Shown here piece after piece: positions 54,709 to 55,951 of a DNA stretch of 55,951 nucleotides. This DNA is from a virus (Duplodnaviria > Caudoviricetes), in IMG/VR virus record IMGVR_UViG_3300025828_000030, positions 1 to 55,951 of that record; one strand, written 5' to 3'. Position 1 is the first letter of the stretch. Each line of letters begins with the position of its first letter. Both the position numbers and the translations under genes were made by a program. The notes beneath the pieces were generated by a model. That model had not been told where the DNA came from, made no database searches, and saw only the letters and a list, made by a program, of their open reading frames with translations.

Positions 54709-55951
54709 GATCCTGCTTATGTTTTGTATATATTTTTAAAGGTTTTGTTTTGCCTTTTACCTTTATAGATTCTAGCACTTCTAGTTTATAACCACAAAAC
54801 TTTTCTGTTTCCTCTCCTATTAGCAAATCAACTCCTCTTTCTTTAGTGGCTGATTCTAATCTTGCAGCAACATTGACAGGATCACCTATTGCAGAATAAT
54901 CAAATCTAGTATCACTACCCATATTACCAACTATTGCAGTTCCTGTATTTATACCAACTCCTATAGCCACAGATGGCAAACCTTCAACCTCCAACTCATC
55001 ACTTACTTGTTTTACATTATTAATAAGCTCAAGAGCACATTCATAAGCTACTTGTTCATGGTGTAACATATCTATAGGTGCATTAAATATATACATACCA
55101 GCATCTCCAATAAATTTATCAATACAACCATTATATTTTTGTACTGCATTTACTTGAGCTGTAAGAACTCTATTCATAATGTAAGTAACTTCTTCTGGCT
55201 CAACTGATTCACTTAGTGCAGTAAACCCACGCAAATCTGTAAACATAAAAGTGCATCTTCTTTTCTCGCCACCTAGTTTTAACAAGTCAGGATTGTTTTG
55301 TAATTGTTTAACTTGTCTTGGATCTAGATAATGTTCAAACTGTTTTTTGATTTGTTGTCGCAATTTGTACTGTTTTCTGTAGTTTATGTAGAAAGCAATA
55401 GCTCCAGTAATGAATTGTGAGATAAAAGTCCATGAAAAATCTATTAAATACCCCTTTTGAACGCTAAAAGCTCCTGTAAAGGCCGTAGTAAAGAGCAAAA
55501 TAACAGCAAGACTTACGCCCTTAGTTATACCAAGATAATTAATTACAAGCCACGTCAGAGACACAAAAATTCCAAAAATTAATATTTCCAACGCAAGAGC
55601 AAAATCTGGAACAAATGGAGAGTTTTCTATCAATATTGACTCAGATAATGCAGCTTGAATCTTATGTGGTTCTAATAATCCAGTCGGTGTTGCAAGTTGA
55701 GGCATAACACCTGGAGCAGTTACACCAACAAATACAAACTTACCAGCAACATCCATTTCTTCTAATGTTGTTTGTGGTGTATCAACCCAACTAATCCATT
55801 TACGACCAAGGCTATCTGTTTTAACAGGTGGTATTCCTCTTACAGCTATTTCTTGTATACCAACTTCATTGGTAGTAATGATATAAGTTCTTGCACCTGT
55901 AAGTGTTTTTAATACCTCTGTTCCAAATGAGCTTACATAACCGTCAGGTGT
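54695..55951 (-). CDS. CHASE2-domain adenylate cyclase, C-terminal part (3 TM + class III cyclase domain)
   Basis: The frame is open from the window end. End of CHASE2 (FVFVGVTAPG..TPTG), three TM helices, then FTDLRGFT, DKFIGDA, GVGINTG, GNMGS..DYSAIGDPVNVAARLES, VKGK. Confidence 0.93.
   Translation of the reverse strand, partial: TPDGYVSSFGTEVLKTLTGARTYIITTNEVGIQEIAVRGIPPVKTDSLGRKWISWVDTPQTTLEEMDVAGKFVFVGVTAPGVMPQLATPTGLLEPHKIQAALSESILIENSPFVPDFALALEILIFGIFVSLTWLVINYLGITKGVSLAVILLFTTAFTGAFSVQKGYLIDFSWTFISQFITGAIAFYINYRKQYKLRQQIKKQFEHYLDPRQVKQLQNNPDLLKLGGEKRRCTFMFTDLRGFTALSESVEPEEVTYIMNRVLTAQVNAVQKYNGCIDKFIGDAGMYIFNAPIDMLHHEQVAYECALELINNVKQVSDELEVEGLPSVAIGVGINTGTAIVGNMGSDTRFDYSAIGDPVNVAARLESATKERGVDLLIGEETEKFCGYKLEVLESIKVKGKTKPLKIYTKHKQDHGNN
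55826..55951. repeat. Terminal direct repeat / circular assembly overlap (right copy)
   Basis: Identical to 2-127. Confidence 0.95.

Overview
The window is an apparently complete, circularly permuted dsDNA tailed-phage genome of about 55.8 kb. Positions 2-127 repeat 55826-55951, and one gene reads in frame across the join. It is AT-rich and podovirus-like, and its spanins imply a Gram-negative host; a marine host is my inference from family resemblance. Most genes form a minus-strand late region: terminase, portal, GroES, scaffold, Mu-gpT-type major capsid, adaptors, tail fibre, tail nozzle, large ejection proteins and lysis genes. A mixed-strand early/replication region at about 27.1-39.6 kb holds TerS, a C5 methyltransferase, a RecE-like exonuclease, a Sak4-like ATPase, a DUF669 SSB, a Cro-like HTH and a Prim-Pol/helicase. 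I saw no integrase, DNA polymerase, tRNA or CRISPR array. Highlights: (1) an overlapping five-gene cassette inside the lysis module, csgF-csgG-curlin-like-FecR-domain-CHASE2 adenylate cyclase, which looks like a phage-encoded trans-envelope amyloid/cAMP signalling system; (2) a candidate ~65-nt sRNA whose loop is complementary to the ribosome-binding sites of up to six early/middle genes; (3) repeated strand-polarised CCAG/TGTGT/CCCGAC modules beside early promoters; (4) a 1419-aa virion protein built from about 28 tandem repeats; (5) other structured RNAs and unannotated micro-ORFs. All family assignments come from motif recognition by eye, not database searches.
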